Shown piece by piece: positions 48,114 through 56,807 of a stretch of DNA of 64,000 bases. A model generated the notes under the pieces. That model had not been told where the DNA came from and made no database searches. It was given only the letters and a program-made list of their open reading frames with translations. Position numbers and translations under genes: made by a program. Position 1 is the stretch's first letter. Each line of letters begins with the position of its first letter. The stretch spans positions 2,693 through 66,692 of the forward strand of contig DATDNK010000342.1 of NCBI GenBank assembly GCA_036518275.1. Direction: 5' to 3'. The stretch comes from Candidatus Acidiferrum sp. Its GTDB lineage: Bacteria > Acidobacteriota > Terriglobia > Acidiferrales > UBA7541.

Positions 48114-48767
48114 ATGTTTGCCTTAGATTTTGGCCGAAAGGCCGCGGGTCCCCTCAAAATCCTCTGTTTGGGCGCGCACTCCGATGATATCGAAATCGGG
48201 TGTGGTGGCACCATTTTGCGGCTGCTCGGCAGCCAGCAAGAGATCGAAATCGTCTGGGTAGTGTTTGGTGCAGGCGGCAAACGCGAGCAAGAAGCTCGTA
48301 ACAGCGCTGGGCTCTTCCTGAGTCGCGCGAAGAACAAAGACGTGATCGTGAAAAAGTTTCGGGACGGTTTTTTCCCATTCGAGGGCGCACAGATCAAGGA
48401 TTACTTCGAGGAACTGAAAGCGAGGACAGCGCCAGACCTGATTTTCACGCACAACCGCAAGGATGCCCATCAAGATCACCGGCTGATTGCGGAACTGACC
48501 TGGAACACTTTCAGGAATCATCTGGTTCTCGAATACGAAATTCCCAAATATGACGGGGATTTGGGGCAGCCGAACCTTTTTGTGCCACTCGATCGAGAAG
48601 TTTGCGAAGAAAAAGTCAATTACATTGAAGAAGCTTTCGAGACGCAGCGCGCAAAAAAGTGGTTTGGGAAAGATACTTTTTTTGCGCTCATGCGTTTGCG
48701 TGGAATGGAATGCGTCGCCGACAGTGGCTACGCCGAGGCCTTCTATTGCCGCAAACTCGTGCTGTAA
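48114..48767 (+). CDS. PIG-L/LmbE-family N-deacetylase
   Basis: 'GAHSDDIEIGCGG', 'DAHQDH', 'YEIPKYDGD', 'AEAF'. Confidence 0.9.
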   Translation: MFALDFGRKAAGPLKILCLGAHSDDIEIGCGGTILRLLGSQQEIEIVWVVFGAGGKREQEARNSAGLFLSRAKNKDVIVKKFRDGFFPFEGAQIKDYFEELKARTAPDLIFTHNRKDAHQDHRLIAELTWNTFRNHLVLEYEIPKYDGDLGQPNLFVPLDREVCEEKVNYIEEAFETQRAKKWFGKDTFFALMRLRGMECVADSGYAEAFYCRKLVL

Positions 48768-49042
48768 GCTCTAGCCGCAGCGAACCAAACTGAAGCGTTC
48801 GGTCCATTTGCGGATGGGGCTTGGGCAATACTCGGGCGGATGTTGAAAAACGCTTATAAATTAGGATCACGGGTCCTGCCTGCCCCTGGTTCGACACCGT
48901 CGCATTGGGAATATTGCTAGTGAACACCATATGAGCGAAAGCCGCTAACTCGGCCCGGCGCAAAGCCCAGCTGTGGCTACGAAGGGTTGGCAAGGAGCAA
49001 CTTTATACCGCAGCGGCGCACCGCGCGAGGAGGAGCGGGTTC

Positions 49043-49056
49043 GGAACGACTTTCCA
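49043..49056 (+). promoter_or_regulatory. Candidate upstream activator sequence
   Basis: GGAACGACTTTCCA, 150 bp upstream of the GG at 49193. Confidence 0.4.
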
Positions 49057-49131
49057 CAAAATTCGCAGCAAAGTTCACTCGCCTTAGCCTCGAAAGCCAA
49101 CTGTCTGTAGAGTCGGGCTCGTCGCACGCCT

Positions 49132-49156
49132 TAATCCATTGAAAGTAAATAGGTTA
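49132..49156 (-). promoter_or_regulatory. 25-bp IHF-like box
   Basis: Reverse complement is TAACCTATTTACTTTCAATGGATTA, a near copy of the box at 3304-3328. Confidence 0.62.
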
Positions 49157-49191
49157 ACTGGTGCTCTTAGCTCGCTGGCGAGCAGGGAGTC

Positions 49192-49207
49192 TGGCCTAGC
49201 AATTGCT
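49192..49207 (+). promoter_or_regulatory. Sigma-54 promoter of the rrf2-tauE operon
   Basis: TGGCCTAGCAATTGCT (GG-N10-GC). Confidence 0.8.
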
Positions 49208-49240
49208 AATCTCTACTTGAATAGTCGACTTAGTCGAGAT
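49208..49240. promoter_or_regulatory. Candidate Rrf2 operator overlapping the transcription start
   Basis: AATCTCTACTTGAATAGTCGACTTA resembles the IscR type-1 box (..YYGACT-N5-AGTCRR..) and is followed by a second TAGTCGA. Lies directly upstream of the rrf2 gene. Confidence 0.55.
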
Positions 49241-49260
49241 AGTGGAGTTCTTGAGATTCC

Positions 49261-49677
49261 GTGAAAGTCTCGCAGAAGGGCCTGTACGCTCTCAAAGCCT
49301 TGACACTCTTGGGCCGCCGGTACTCTGAGGGCCCTATCAAGATTCGAGAAATCGCGGAGAACGAGGAGTTGCCGGAGAAGTTTCTCGAATTGATCCTCCT
49401 TGAACTCAACCACGCCCGCGTCGTCGAGAGCGCCAGGGGTGCCAAGGGGGGGTACCGGCTGAAGCGGCCCCCTAAAGAGATCTTTCTCGGGGAAATCATC
49501 CGGATAATCGACGGCCCACTGGCGCCGTTCGAGGATGCCGAATCGCTGCGTCGACTAGTAGGAGAAGACAAGCAGCACAGCGAGCTCTTCCGCGTGTTTC
49601 TCGCTGTGCGGAACGCCGCGGCAGGCATTCTTGATCACACATCGCTCGCAGACATTTCCGGAGCACAGCGTAGTTGA
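49261..49677 (+). CDS. Rrf2-family transcriptional regulator, cysteine-free (CymR-like)
   Basis: 'KGLYAL', 'IREIA...PEKFLELIL', 'SARGAKGGYRL', 'IIRIIDGPLAP'. No Cys residues. GTG start. Confidence 0.92.
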   Translation: MKVSQKGLYALKALTLLGRRYSEGPIKIREIAENEELPEKFLELILLELNHARVVESARGAKGGYRLKRPPKEIFLGEIIRIIDGPLAPFEDAESLRRLVGEDKQHSELFRVFLAVRNAAAGILDHTSLADISGAQRS

Positions 49678-49769
49678 CCATGAATAGGCGGGTTTGAAGA
49701 AGCTGAAAAGGGTTTTGGACGCGGATCGCTGAGTTTATTCCTAGAGATTCGTAGGGACCGAGGGACGCG

Positions 49770-50540
49770 ATGGATTTTAGAGTATCAGGCTTGGGCTTCT
49801 TAGTTGGCCTCCTCGTCGGACTGACTGGTATGGGTGGCGGGGCCGTCATGACGCCAGCTTTAATTTTGTTGGGTCTATCTCGGCCAGTCATCGCCGTAGG
49901 CACAGATCTCGTGTGGGGAACACTCACAAAAGCCACCGGCTCGCTGATTCACTGGCGCCAAAAGACCGTTGACCTCAAGATCGTGTTTCGCCTCGCACTC
50001 GGGAGTGTTCCCGGGGCACTCTTAGGATTGGCTGTCCTATTTCACTTTCACCGGTCGAACAGCTCTACGATGGACAAGTTTGTCGTTCGTATGCTTGGAA
50101 TCGCGCTAATAGTTGTAGCATCGAGCCTTTTTCTACGCTCGCTTCGGAAGCGGCGCATCCAGACAACGAGCGAGCAAGTCGACCCAAAACGGCTTGCGCG
50201 GCTGACGGTGCTGATTGGGGCAGTCGTTGGCTTCCTGGTGAGTCTTACTTCCGTTGGAAGCGGAAGCCTCATCATTGCGTGCTTGGTGGTTCTTTACCCT
50301 GCTACACCTCTGCGTCGAATCGTTGGGTCAGACATCGTTCATGCACTCCTTCTGCTGGGTGTCTCCGCGGTGGGGCACCTTGGGATTGGTAGTGTTGACG
50401 TCCCATTGCTTGGCGCGCTACTGATTGGTTCGATTCCGGGTGTGTGGTTTGGAAGTAAGTTAAGCGCAACGGTCCCAGAGAAGCTCCTGCAACCAATCCT
50501 GGCGACAACCCTTTTCCTGCTCGGCTACAAATTGCTGTAG
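49770..50540 (+). CDS. TauE/SafE (TSUP) family sulfite/sulfur-compound transporter
   Basis: 'GLLVGLTGMGGGAVMTP', 'AVGTDL', second repeat 'LTSVGSGS...IVGSDI'. Confidence 0.92.
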   Translation: MDFRVSGLGFLVGLLVGLTGMGGGAVMTPALILLGLSRPVIAVGTDLVWGTLTKATGSLIHWRQKTVDLKIVFRLALGSVPGALLGLAVLFHFHRSNSSTMDKFVVRMLGIALIVVASSLFLRSLRKRRIQTTSEQVDPKRLARLTVLIGAVVGFLVSLTSVGSGSLIIACLVVLYPATPLRRIVGSDIVHALLLLGVSAVGHLGIGSVDVPLLGALLIGSIPGVWFGSKLSATVPEKLLQPILATTLFLLGYKLL

Positions 50541-50558
50541 CTGTATGAAGAAAACTCG

Positions 50559-51647
50559 ATGAATGTGCAGGGAATTCTGCAGCGGTATATGCGGCATAGA
50601 GAGTTTTCTAACCTGATTTTGGACGGCAACCGTCAGAGTCCTATCCAGCAGCCGTTTTGGAAGGACCTTGGGCACTCGAGAATCCAATCTATAGCTGCAA
50701 AAATCCCGCCCGCCGCAGCATTTGCAGTAATGGCCTTTCTCGTCCCCAGCGCAAGACCGCATGACTGTCCCGAAAGACGCGAAGCCACGTGGGTGAATCT
50801 CGAGGAAAGCAGCACAGAAGCGACTCCCGGCGCTTGCCAGGACCAAGTCGCGGCGCAAGAGTCGACCCAGGAAAAGGCTGGGAAGAAACGTAGCCTGTTT
50901 CGCTCGTGGCTTAAGATGGCGGAGCAAGTGCAAGCTACGCAACCGGATTGGCTTTCGCCCTTAGCGACCACATCGGGGCGCTTGAAACAGGAGTTCCGCT
51001 ACGATATTTGGGACCAACCAACCGCTGACGGAAACCGCACCTACCAATTGGGGGGGAACAAGGGCTTGGAGTTCATCCCAAGTTCGCGCACGCAACTCCT
51101 GGTGGGTGTCCCTACTTACACCTTGATATCTCCGAATGGGCCGCGTGGTGGATTCGGCGACTTGCCGCTAATGCTGAAATTTCGGATCGCGTCGGCGGAG
51201 CGCGCTGAAGGCAATTATCTGCTGACCTTCATTTTGGCTGCGACTGCGCCAACGGGTTCGCATCGCTATGGATCGGGCAGCGGAGTGATGACGCCAACAC
51301 TGGCGTTCGGGAAGGGTTGGAAGAGCTTTGATGTGCAGTCCACTGTTGGGGTCAACCTGCCCGCAGGAGACACAGCAAAGTTGGGCAGGCAGGTGCTCTG
51401 GAACACGGCGTTCCAATATCAGACGAGTTGGAAACTCTGGCCGGAATTGGAGGCAAACTCCACTTTCTACGAAACGGGCAAGCACGCAGGTGACACCCAA
51501 CTGTTCCTGACACCTGGCCTCGGATTTGGACGGGTGCACCTTGCGGGGCGATTCCGTTTCTCTTCCGCGTTGGGCATGCAAATCGCTGCGACCAGGTTCC
51601 ATTCCTACGATCATCGCTTAATGCTTTCGACACGCTTCTCCTTCTGA
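50559..51647 (+). CDS. Putative outer-membrane beta-barrel ('transporter'/MetA-pathway-like family)
   Basis: 'QPDWLSPLATTSGRLKQEFRYD', 'GFGDLPLMLKFR', 'TAPTG', amphipathic strands, C-terminal Phe ('STRFSF'). Start uncertain. Confidence 0.7.
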   Translation: MNVQGILQRYMRHREFSNLILDGNRQSPIQQPFWKDLGHSRIQSIAAKIPPAAAFAVMAFLVPSARPHDCPERREATWVNLEESSTEATPGACQDQVAAQESTQEKAGKKRSLFRSWLKMAEQVQATQPDWLSPLATTSGRLKQEFRYDIWDQPTADGNRTYQLGGNKGLEFIPSSRTQLLVGVPTYTLISPNGPRGGFGDLPLMLKFRIASAERAEGNYLLTFILAATAPTGSHRYGSGSGVMTPTLAFGKGWKSFDVQSTVGVNLPAGDTAKLGRQVLWNTAFQYQTSWKLWPELEANSTFYETGKHAGDTQLFLTPGLGFGRVHLAGRFRFSSALGMQIAATRFHSYDHRLMLSTRFSF

Positions 51648-51968
51648 TTTCTGCGACAGACACATCCGAGAAGCCTACTCAATGTGTGCAGAGGAGTTCC
51701 CTAGTCCTGAGAGCGTTGAAGCAGATTGTGTCTGCAGTGGAGGCTGGAACTCATACCAAAGGAAGGGCTTAACAATATTTTGATGTATTCCCTTCTCGCG
51801 GAGCCGGCTATTTTAACTGCTTAAATGCTGAAAGCAGGAAGCCCCGATGAGGCTTAGCGTTTAATCGCATTTATTTATAACGAAGCCTGCAAATATCCTG
51901 CCTCTAATCACGAATATAGAGTTGGCTTGGGGCGGAATCGATTATGAAACTCTTACAATGGATGAAAC

Positions 51969-53315
51969 ATGGAATCAGTACGTGACCTTGGAGGCTCAAT
52001 GGACAGGCCAATGACAGTATACGTGCGCGCGTTAACGACCCGTCGCCCTTTGGCCTTCATTGTTTTGTTCGCATTGATAGCAAATGTGATGCTGGCCGTG
52101 GTCGTGCCGAAGGTGGAAGTTTGGAACGATACCGAGGTTGCGCATATCGCCGCCTCCATCGCGAACGGGCAGGGGTTTAGCTCTCCCTACGCACACCCAT
52201 CGGGTCCTTCAGCTTGGATACCTCCGGTGTATCCATACCTGCTCGCGACGATCCTCCGCGTTTTTGGTGGCTTCACCGCAACTTCCTACTGGATAGCTAT
52301 CGGCATGAATATCGTGGTACACGCATTGACTTGTGTTCTACTTTTCTGGTGCGCTAAAGACGTATTCGGTCCCCGCGTCGGCTGGTACTCAGCGTGTGCT
52401 CTCGCCGGCCTGCCTCTCTTCGCTTATCCACTTGTGCTTTTGCACTTGGTGAGCTTTGGCGGGCAGGGTTTGTTAGGCTTATTCATCTCGCCGAAAATCA
52501 TCTGGTACACCCACCTTTCTGAGCTCGCGATTGTTCTCCTGATCTGGTTCACACTGCACCCACCGCACTGGGTAATCTATGGAACCACTTGGGCGGCTGT
52601 GTCTCTTCTTAACCCAACCATCCTGGCTTTGGCGCCCGCGTTTGTGGCGTGGCGATTTCGACGTCGCGAAAGTTGGCGGTACCTAGGTTTGACTATCGCT
52701 GTCGCGGCTTTGTGTGTCACGCCTTGGCTGGTTCGCAACTACTTTGTGTTTCATCGTCCAGTGTTCATTCGCGACAATTTCGGGGTCGAACTCAGGGTAG
52801 GCAATCAGCCGGGCAACAGGGGTCTCCTTAGTCGGGACGTTCACCCGATGTCCAACGAATACGAATTGAGCCGGCTTATCGAGCTAGGCGAACCCGAATA
52901 CAGCCGGGTCGCGGGGCAAGAGGCCTTGGACTCCATCCGCACTCACCGCGGCGAGTTCGTCCGCAACACAATTCTTCGTGTGGGCTACTTTTGGCTCGGC
53001 ACACCGATGAGATCCCGTCTCGGTAGTCTGGCGTTCGTGAAATACTTGCCGGCGTTAACGGTTTCGCTGCTGGCTTTCTACGGAGCAGTTCGCTCGCTGC
53101 GACGCAGTAGTGAAAGCGCATTTTTGTTCGTCGCAGTGCTCTTGTTTTATCCTATCGTTTACTATATTACGCATACAAACTCGGGTTACTTCTATCAGTA
53201 CCCCATCCAACCGCAGATGTTGGCTCTGGCTATTTCAGTCCTAGTCCGACAACGCACGCCCCAGAGGTCCCAAGGTGATCATGAAGCTTGCGGGAATGAA
53301 TCCTTACCAGCGTAA
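51969..53315 (+). CDS. GT-C fold membrane glycosyltransferase (ArnT/PMT-like)
   Basis: 'IAASIANGQGFSSPY', 'PSAWIPPVYPYLL', 'PWLVRNY..FHRPVFIRDNFG'; multi-TM. Start may be 51999 or 52011. Confidence 0.8.
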   Translation: MESVRDLGGSMDRPMTVYVRALTTRRPLAFIVLFALIANVMLAVVVPKVEVWNDTEVAHIAASIANGQGFSSPYAHPSGPSAWIPPVYPYLLATILRVFGGFTATSYWIAIGMNIVVHALTCVLLFWCAKDVFGPRVGWYSACALAGLPLFAYPLVLLHLVSFGGQGLLGLFISPKIIWYTHLSELAIVLLIWFTLHPPHWVIYGTTWAAVSLLNPTILALAPAFVAWRFRRRESWRYLGLTIAVAALCVTPWLVRNYFVFHRPVFIRDNFGVELRVGNQPGNRGLLSRDVHPMSNEYELSRLIELGEPEYSRVAGQEALDSIRTHRGEFVRNTILRVGYFWLGTPMRSRLGSLAFVKYLPALTVSLLAFYGAVRSLRRSSESAFLFVAVLLFYPIVYYITHTNSGYFYQYPIQPQMLALAISVLVRQRTPQRSQGDHEACGNESLPA

Positions 53316-53852
53316 CTCTTATGGCTGCAGTCTCCTGGTTCCAAAATGGAGCAACGGACAATTACTTGTAGGTTGGTCGCTGCAGCCGCTGGATTCGACT
53401 GTGACGCCGCCATTCGTACTGTTCATCGTGTACTGAAGATCATGTTCCCAATTTCAAGCCCAGCAACGAACCTACGGCCCTGAGTTGTCATCTGTGTTCA
53501 TGCGATTTGAAAGCTGCCCCCGTACTATAGAAACGACCGAGGCGCGTCGCGTCAGCAACTTGAACTTTGGAAGCCGATCTGATATCTTCTCGATTTTCAA
53601 TTCGGTGATTGAACAGCTTGCGAACTTTCGTCGACCTTCAGAGATTGCGGTTGCCTCCGCGAAACATTTGCTTGAGTCGAGCACCCGGAACAGGACAAGA
53701 ATGAAGCACCTCTCCCTCGTTTCTGTATTGGCGCTTGATTGTCCTCTGTCGCAAGCGGACCTTGTTAACTCAAAAGAGCGCTCACGTCTGCTGGCTGGAT
53801 GCCTAGAAATCTTATCGTCGCTATTTGGGTATGACGCTGGGCGTCGCTCGCC

Positions 53853-54593
53853 ATGAAAATCTCCGTGGTCGTTCCCGCATTTAATGAACGCGCTTCGATC
53901 GAAGAGATTTTGCTGCGCGTTCAGGCAGTTACGTGGGAGAAGGAGGTCGTGGTGATCGATGACGGATCAAGCGACGGCACGCGCGAGCTCTTGCAAAACT
54001 GGGCTGGCGCTCAGCTAGCGGGCCAGCAGACGATTTCTGTTCAAAATGGCCGGTCCGTTCTTTCGCTGGAAGGAATACGCATTTTCTTCCAGGATCGAAA
54101 TCGTGGCAAGGGTGCCGCGCTTCGCCGCGGCTTCGAAGTCGCCACTGGTGACGTCCTTCTCGTCCAAGATGCCGACCTCGAATACAATCCGAAGGATTAC
54201 GCGGTATTGCTGGAACCGATCTTCGATGGCCGCGCCGATGTGGTTTTTGGCTCGCGGTTCCTGGGCGGACCGCAGCGCGTCCACTACTTCTGGCACTATG
54301 CAGGGAACAAATTCCTAACGCTGCTGTCGAACATACTGTCCAATTTGAAACTCAGCGATATGGAGACCTGTTACAAAGTCTTCCGCCGCGAAGTGCTCAA
54401 CGACATCAAGCTCGAGTCTGATCGCTTTGGCTTCGAGCCCGAGATCACCGCCAAAATTGCCAAGGGGGACTGGCGCATCTATGAAGTGCCCATCTCCTAT
54501 TCCGGCCGGACCTATGCCGAAGGCAAGAAGATTACATGGAAGGACGGAATTTCCACCCTTTGGTATATCCTCAAATACAATCTATTTGGTTAA
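53853..54593 (+). CDS. Dpm1-like GT2 (polyprenol-phosphate glycosyltransferase)
   Basis: 'SVVVPAFNE', 'IDDGSSDGT', 'NRGKGAALRRG', 'QDADLEY', 'DMETCYK', 'FGFEPE', 'EGKKITWKDG'. Confidence 0.92.
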   Translation: MKISVVVPAFNERASIEEILLRVQAVTWEKEVVVIDDGSSDGTRELLQNWAGAQLAGQQTISVQNGRSVLSLEGIRIFFQDRNRGKGAALRRGFEVATGDVLLVQDADLEYNPKDYAVLLEPIFDGRADVVFGSRFLGGPQRVHYFWHYAGNKFLTLLSNILSNLKLSDMETCYKVFRREVLNDIKLESDRFGFEPEITAKIAKGDWRIYEVPISYSGRTYAEGKKITWKDGISTLWYILKYNLFG

Positions 54594-54736
54594 CTGAGAT
54601 ATCCCTCTGCGGAGGTCGCTATCGCATCCAGCATAGCACTAAGGTCCACTTCCCCCCCTCACCGAGTCGAGAATGATGACTTATATGCCTGATGCCGTTT
54701 GACAGCGCAAGGTGGGGGAGCTAACGCAAGCAACGA

Positions 54737-56290
54737 CTACTGCACAATCGCCTGCAATCCTGTCGGAGGGGCGGGTGGCGTTCCCTGCGTATTTCCGGCC
54801 TCCAGAGCGATGGCGCCTGATGTAAACGTGGTTGCGGGGGTAGTGTCGAACCACGTAAAAGTGATTGCACTGGTTCCAGCGTTGAAGAAGTAGCTGAACC
54901 CGCCGCCTTCGTTCATGTCTCCTGCGTCCGTGATGCCTGTGTAGAGCGGGTAATTGAATGTTGCACCTGGGGGGGACGTAGAGACCGCCACCTGCGGCCC
55001 TACACCCTCATTGATCTGAGCGATAACGAGGTCGGTCGCCAGCGTCGGCGTAATCGTCAGTCCCCCATACTGGAAACAGGTTAGGGACGTGAAAGGTAGC
55101 GGGCAGGCTACACCAGTGCTGCCACCGTCAACTCCGGCTCGCTCCGCCTCTTTGTCGAAGCAGGCTTGATTCGACGAGTTTTTCAGTCCCGCGATTTCGA
55201 CAATCTGGATGTTCCAGTCATTGTTCGACCCTCCGGTCGGGTGCATCAGCGTATCTCCGGCAATCGAGGTGCAGGTCAGTTGCCATCGTGGAGGCGTCAC
55301 ACCTCCGCCTCCATTGCCGAAGGCTTGCCACGTGTTGCCTAGTGTGTCGCTAAAGCCTGTCCATTGACTATTAGGTGCAGGAGCACCGGAGATGCCACCG
55401 AATACTACAGCGTCATTCGCATTGAAGATGTGGGCTTGGAACGTCGGACTACCAGTACCGGAGGCCGTTTGATCAAACTGCTGGATGATGTGGACGCCAA
55501 TAGGTGCGGTGCCAGCACCAGCAGATGTCTTGAAGGCGACCATTGTGCAGTTGCCGTCCCCGCCGGATGGACCGCCCACAAAGTTTATTGTTCCTGTTAA
55601 CGCGCCCGTTGAAGCATCAATTCCCGCAATGCTTCCGTAGCCATAGCCGGTCTCAAGGTCGAGCGCAGTGAACCCAGCTGACGCCGTTGCTTGGCTGACC
55701 GTCTGCGGCCATCCGCCCGGGATTGGTGCGAAGGTACAGAACTGATCAACTAAATCGTTTGCCGTGGTTGTCGTCAGGGACGTTGAGAAGGCAGGACCGC
55801 TCGTATCTATTCCGCCGCCTGTAGCGTCAACAGGAGACGACGTGGCAACCTCACGCCATTCCTTCAGCGTGGCCTCCGCGTCTATCCAAACAGACGACGC
55901 CACGACCGTGACGGTCTTGCATCCTGGTGCGGCTCCGGCGATGTAATAGCTAAATGTGTCCGTGTTGTCTCCAGGGTTAAGCACGGACTTTGCAAGAGTC
56001 CAAATCCAGGTCGTATGGCCCGTATCGCTGTTGCAGTAGATGTTCGACACAGTGGGAACGGTCCCAGAGTATCTCCATGAGAAGTCCATCTTGAGCAGAT
56101 TGCCCGCCAAGCTGGCTTGCGGGAACGGCACGATCAGATTGCACACACCCGTGCATGGTTCTTGCGAAACGCCTGTGTGCACCATCTGCACCAGGTCGCT
56201 GGGGATGCTTTGCGCCCCGCATGGCACCGCGAGAAAAAAGAAGAACGCGAACAGCGTAAGCAAGAGATGAATTCGAGGGACTTCTCTCAT
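54737..56290 (-). CDS. Secreted T/G/S-rich protein with two tandem beta-sandwich-like repeats and a C-terminal PAPPTGL peptide
   Basis: Signal peptide 'MREVPRIHLLLTLFAFFFFLAVPCGA' (start moved from 56518 to the ATG at 56290), internal repeat, ends 'GTPPAPPTGLQAIVQ'. Confidence 0.82.
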   Translation of the reverse strand: MREVPRIHLLLTLFAFFFFLAVPCGAQSIPSDLVQMVHTGVSQEPCTGVCNLIVPFPQASLAGNLLKMDFSWRYSGTVPTVSNIYCNSDTGHTTWIWTLAKSVLNPGDNTDTFSYYIAGAAPGCKTVTVVASSVWIDAEATLKEWREVATSSPVDATGGGIDTSGPAFSTSLTTTTANDLVDQFCTFAPIPGGWPQTVSQATASAGFTALDLETGYGYGSIAGIDASTGALTGTINFVGGPSGGDGNCTMVAFKTSAGAGTAPIGVHIIQQFDQTASGTGSPTFQAHIFNANDAVVFGGISGAPAPNSQWTGFSDTLGNTWQAFGNGGGGVTPPRWQLTCTSIAGDTLMHPTGGSNNDWNIQIVEIAGLKNSSNQACFDKEAERAGVDGGSTGVACPLPFTSLTCFQYGGLTITPTLATDLVIAQINEGVGPQVAVSTSPPGATFNYPLYTGITDAGDMNEGGGFSYFFNAGTSAITFTWFDTTPATTFTSGAIALEAGNTQGTPPAPPTGLQAIVQ

Positions 56291-56807
56291 CGGCAAACAT
56301 CCGTCATTTTGGCTATTGCTCTCATGAAAACGCAGGGCAATTCTAAGATTAGAGGCTAGCTGGATTCCTCTTGGACAGCCAAGGTCGCACTTCCCGCGGA
56401 CCTTAGCATGATACATTACTTTCCTGCGCAAGACCGAATCCGCGCCCGACGCCTCGTTCGCGAGGAACTTGACCAGTCGGAGTTCAGCGCCCCGGACGAC
56501 ACAAAACAACTGCAGCACCCACTCCGGACCTGTTGACGCGACGTCTCGGCTTTAGTCCCGTGCCCAAACAGTTTAGGCGGCCGGCCAAATCGCCGTCTAC
56601 TGGACGTGGGGACAGAGAAAGTACGGGAACCACTTCCTGTCCCGCCAGCGCGCTACCTTCTTACTCCCGCTATTGGCAAAGATTTCCCCGCTTGGCGAGC
56701 GTATTTCCTCTTCACAAGACTTTGAAAACAGGCAAGTTCTACGACAGCGGAGTTCACAGAGTGACCGGCAACGATGGATCACGATCAGCTGCAGCATAAG
56801 ATTCGGG

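Noticed and set aside
53485-53856. 123-aa ORF ahead of the Dpm1-like gene
   Set aside because: TTG start, no RBS and no motifs. Cannot be supported, although its stop overlaps the next ATG.
56291-56518. N-terminal extension of the 593-aa ORF (similar extensions at 3236, 12171, 12946 and 24131)
   Set aside because: Signal peptides or family N-termini begin at downstream ATGs, and the extensions overlap promoters or neighbouring genes.
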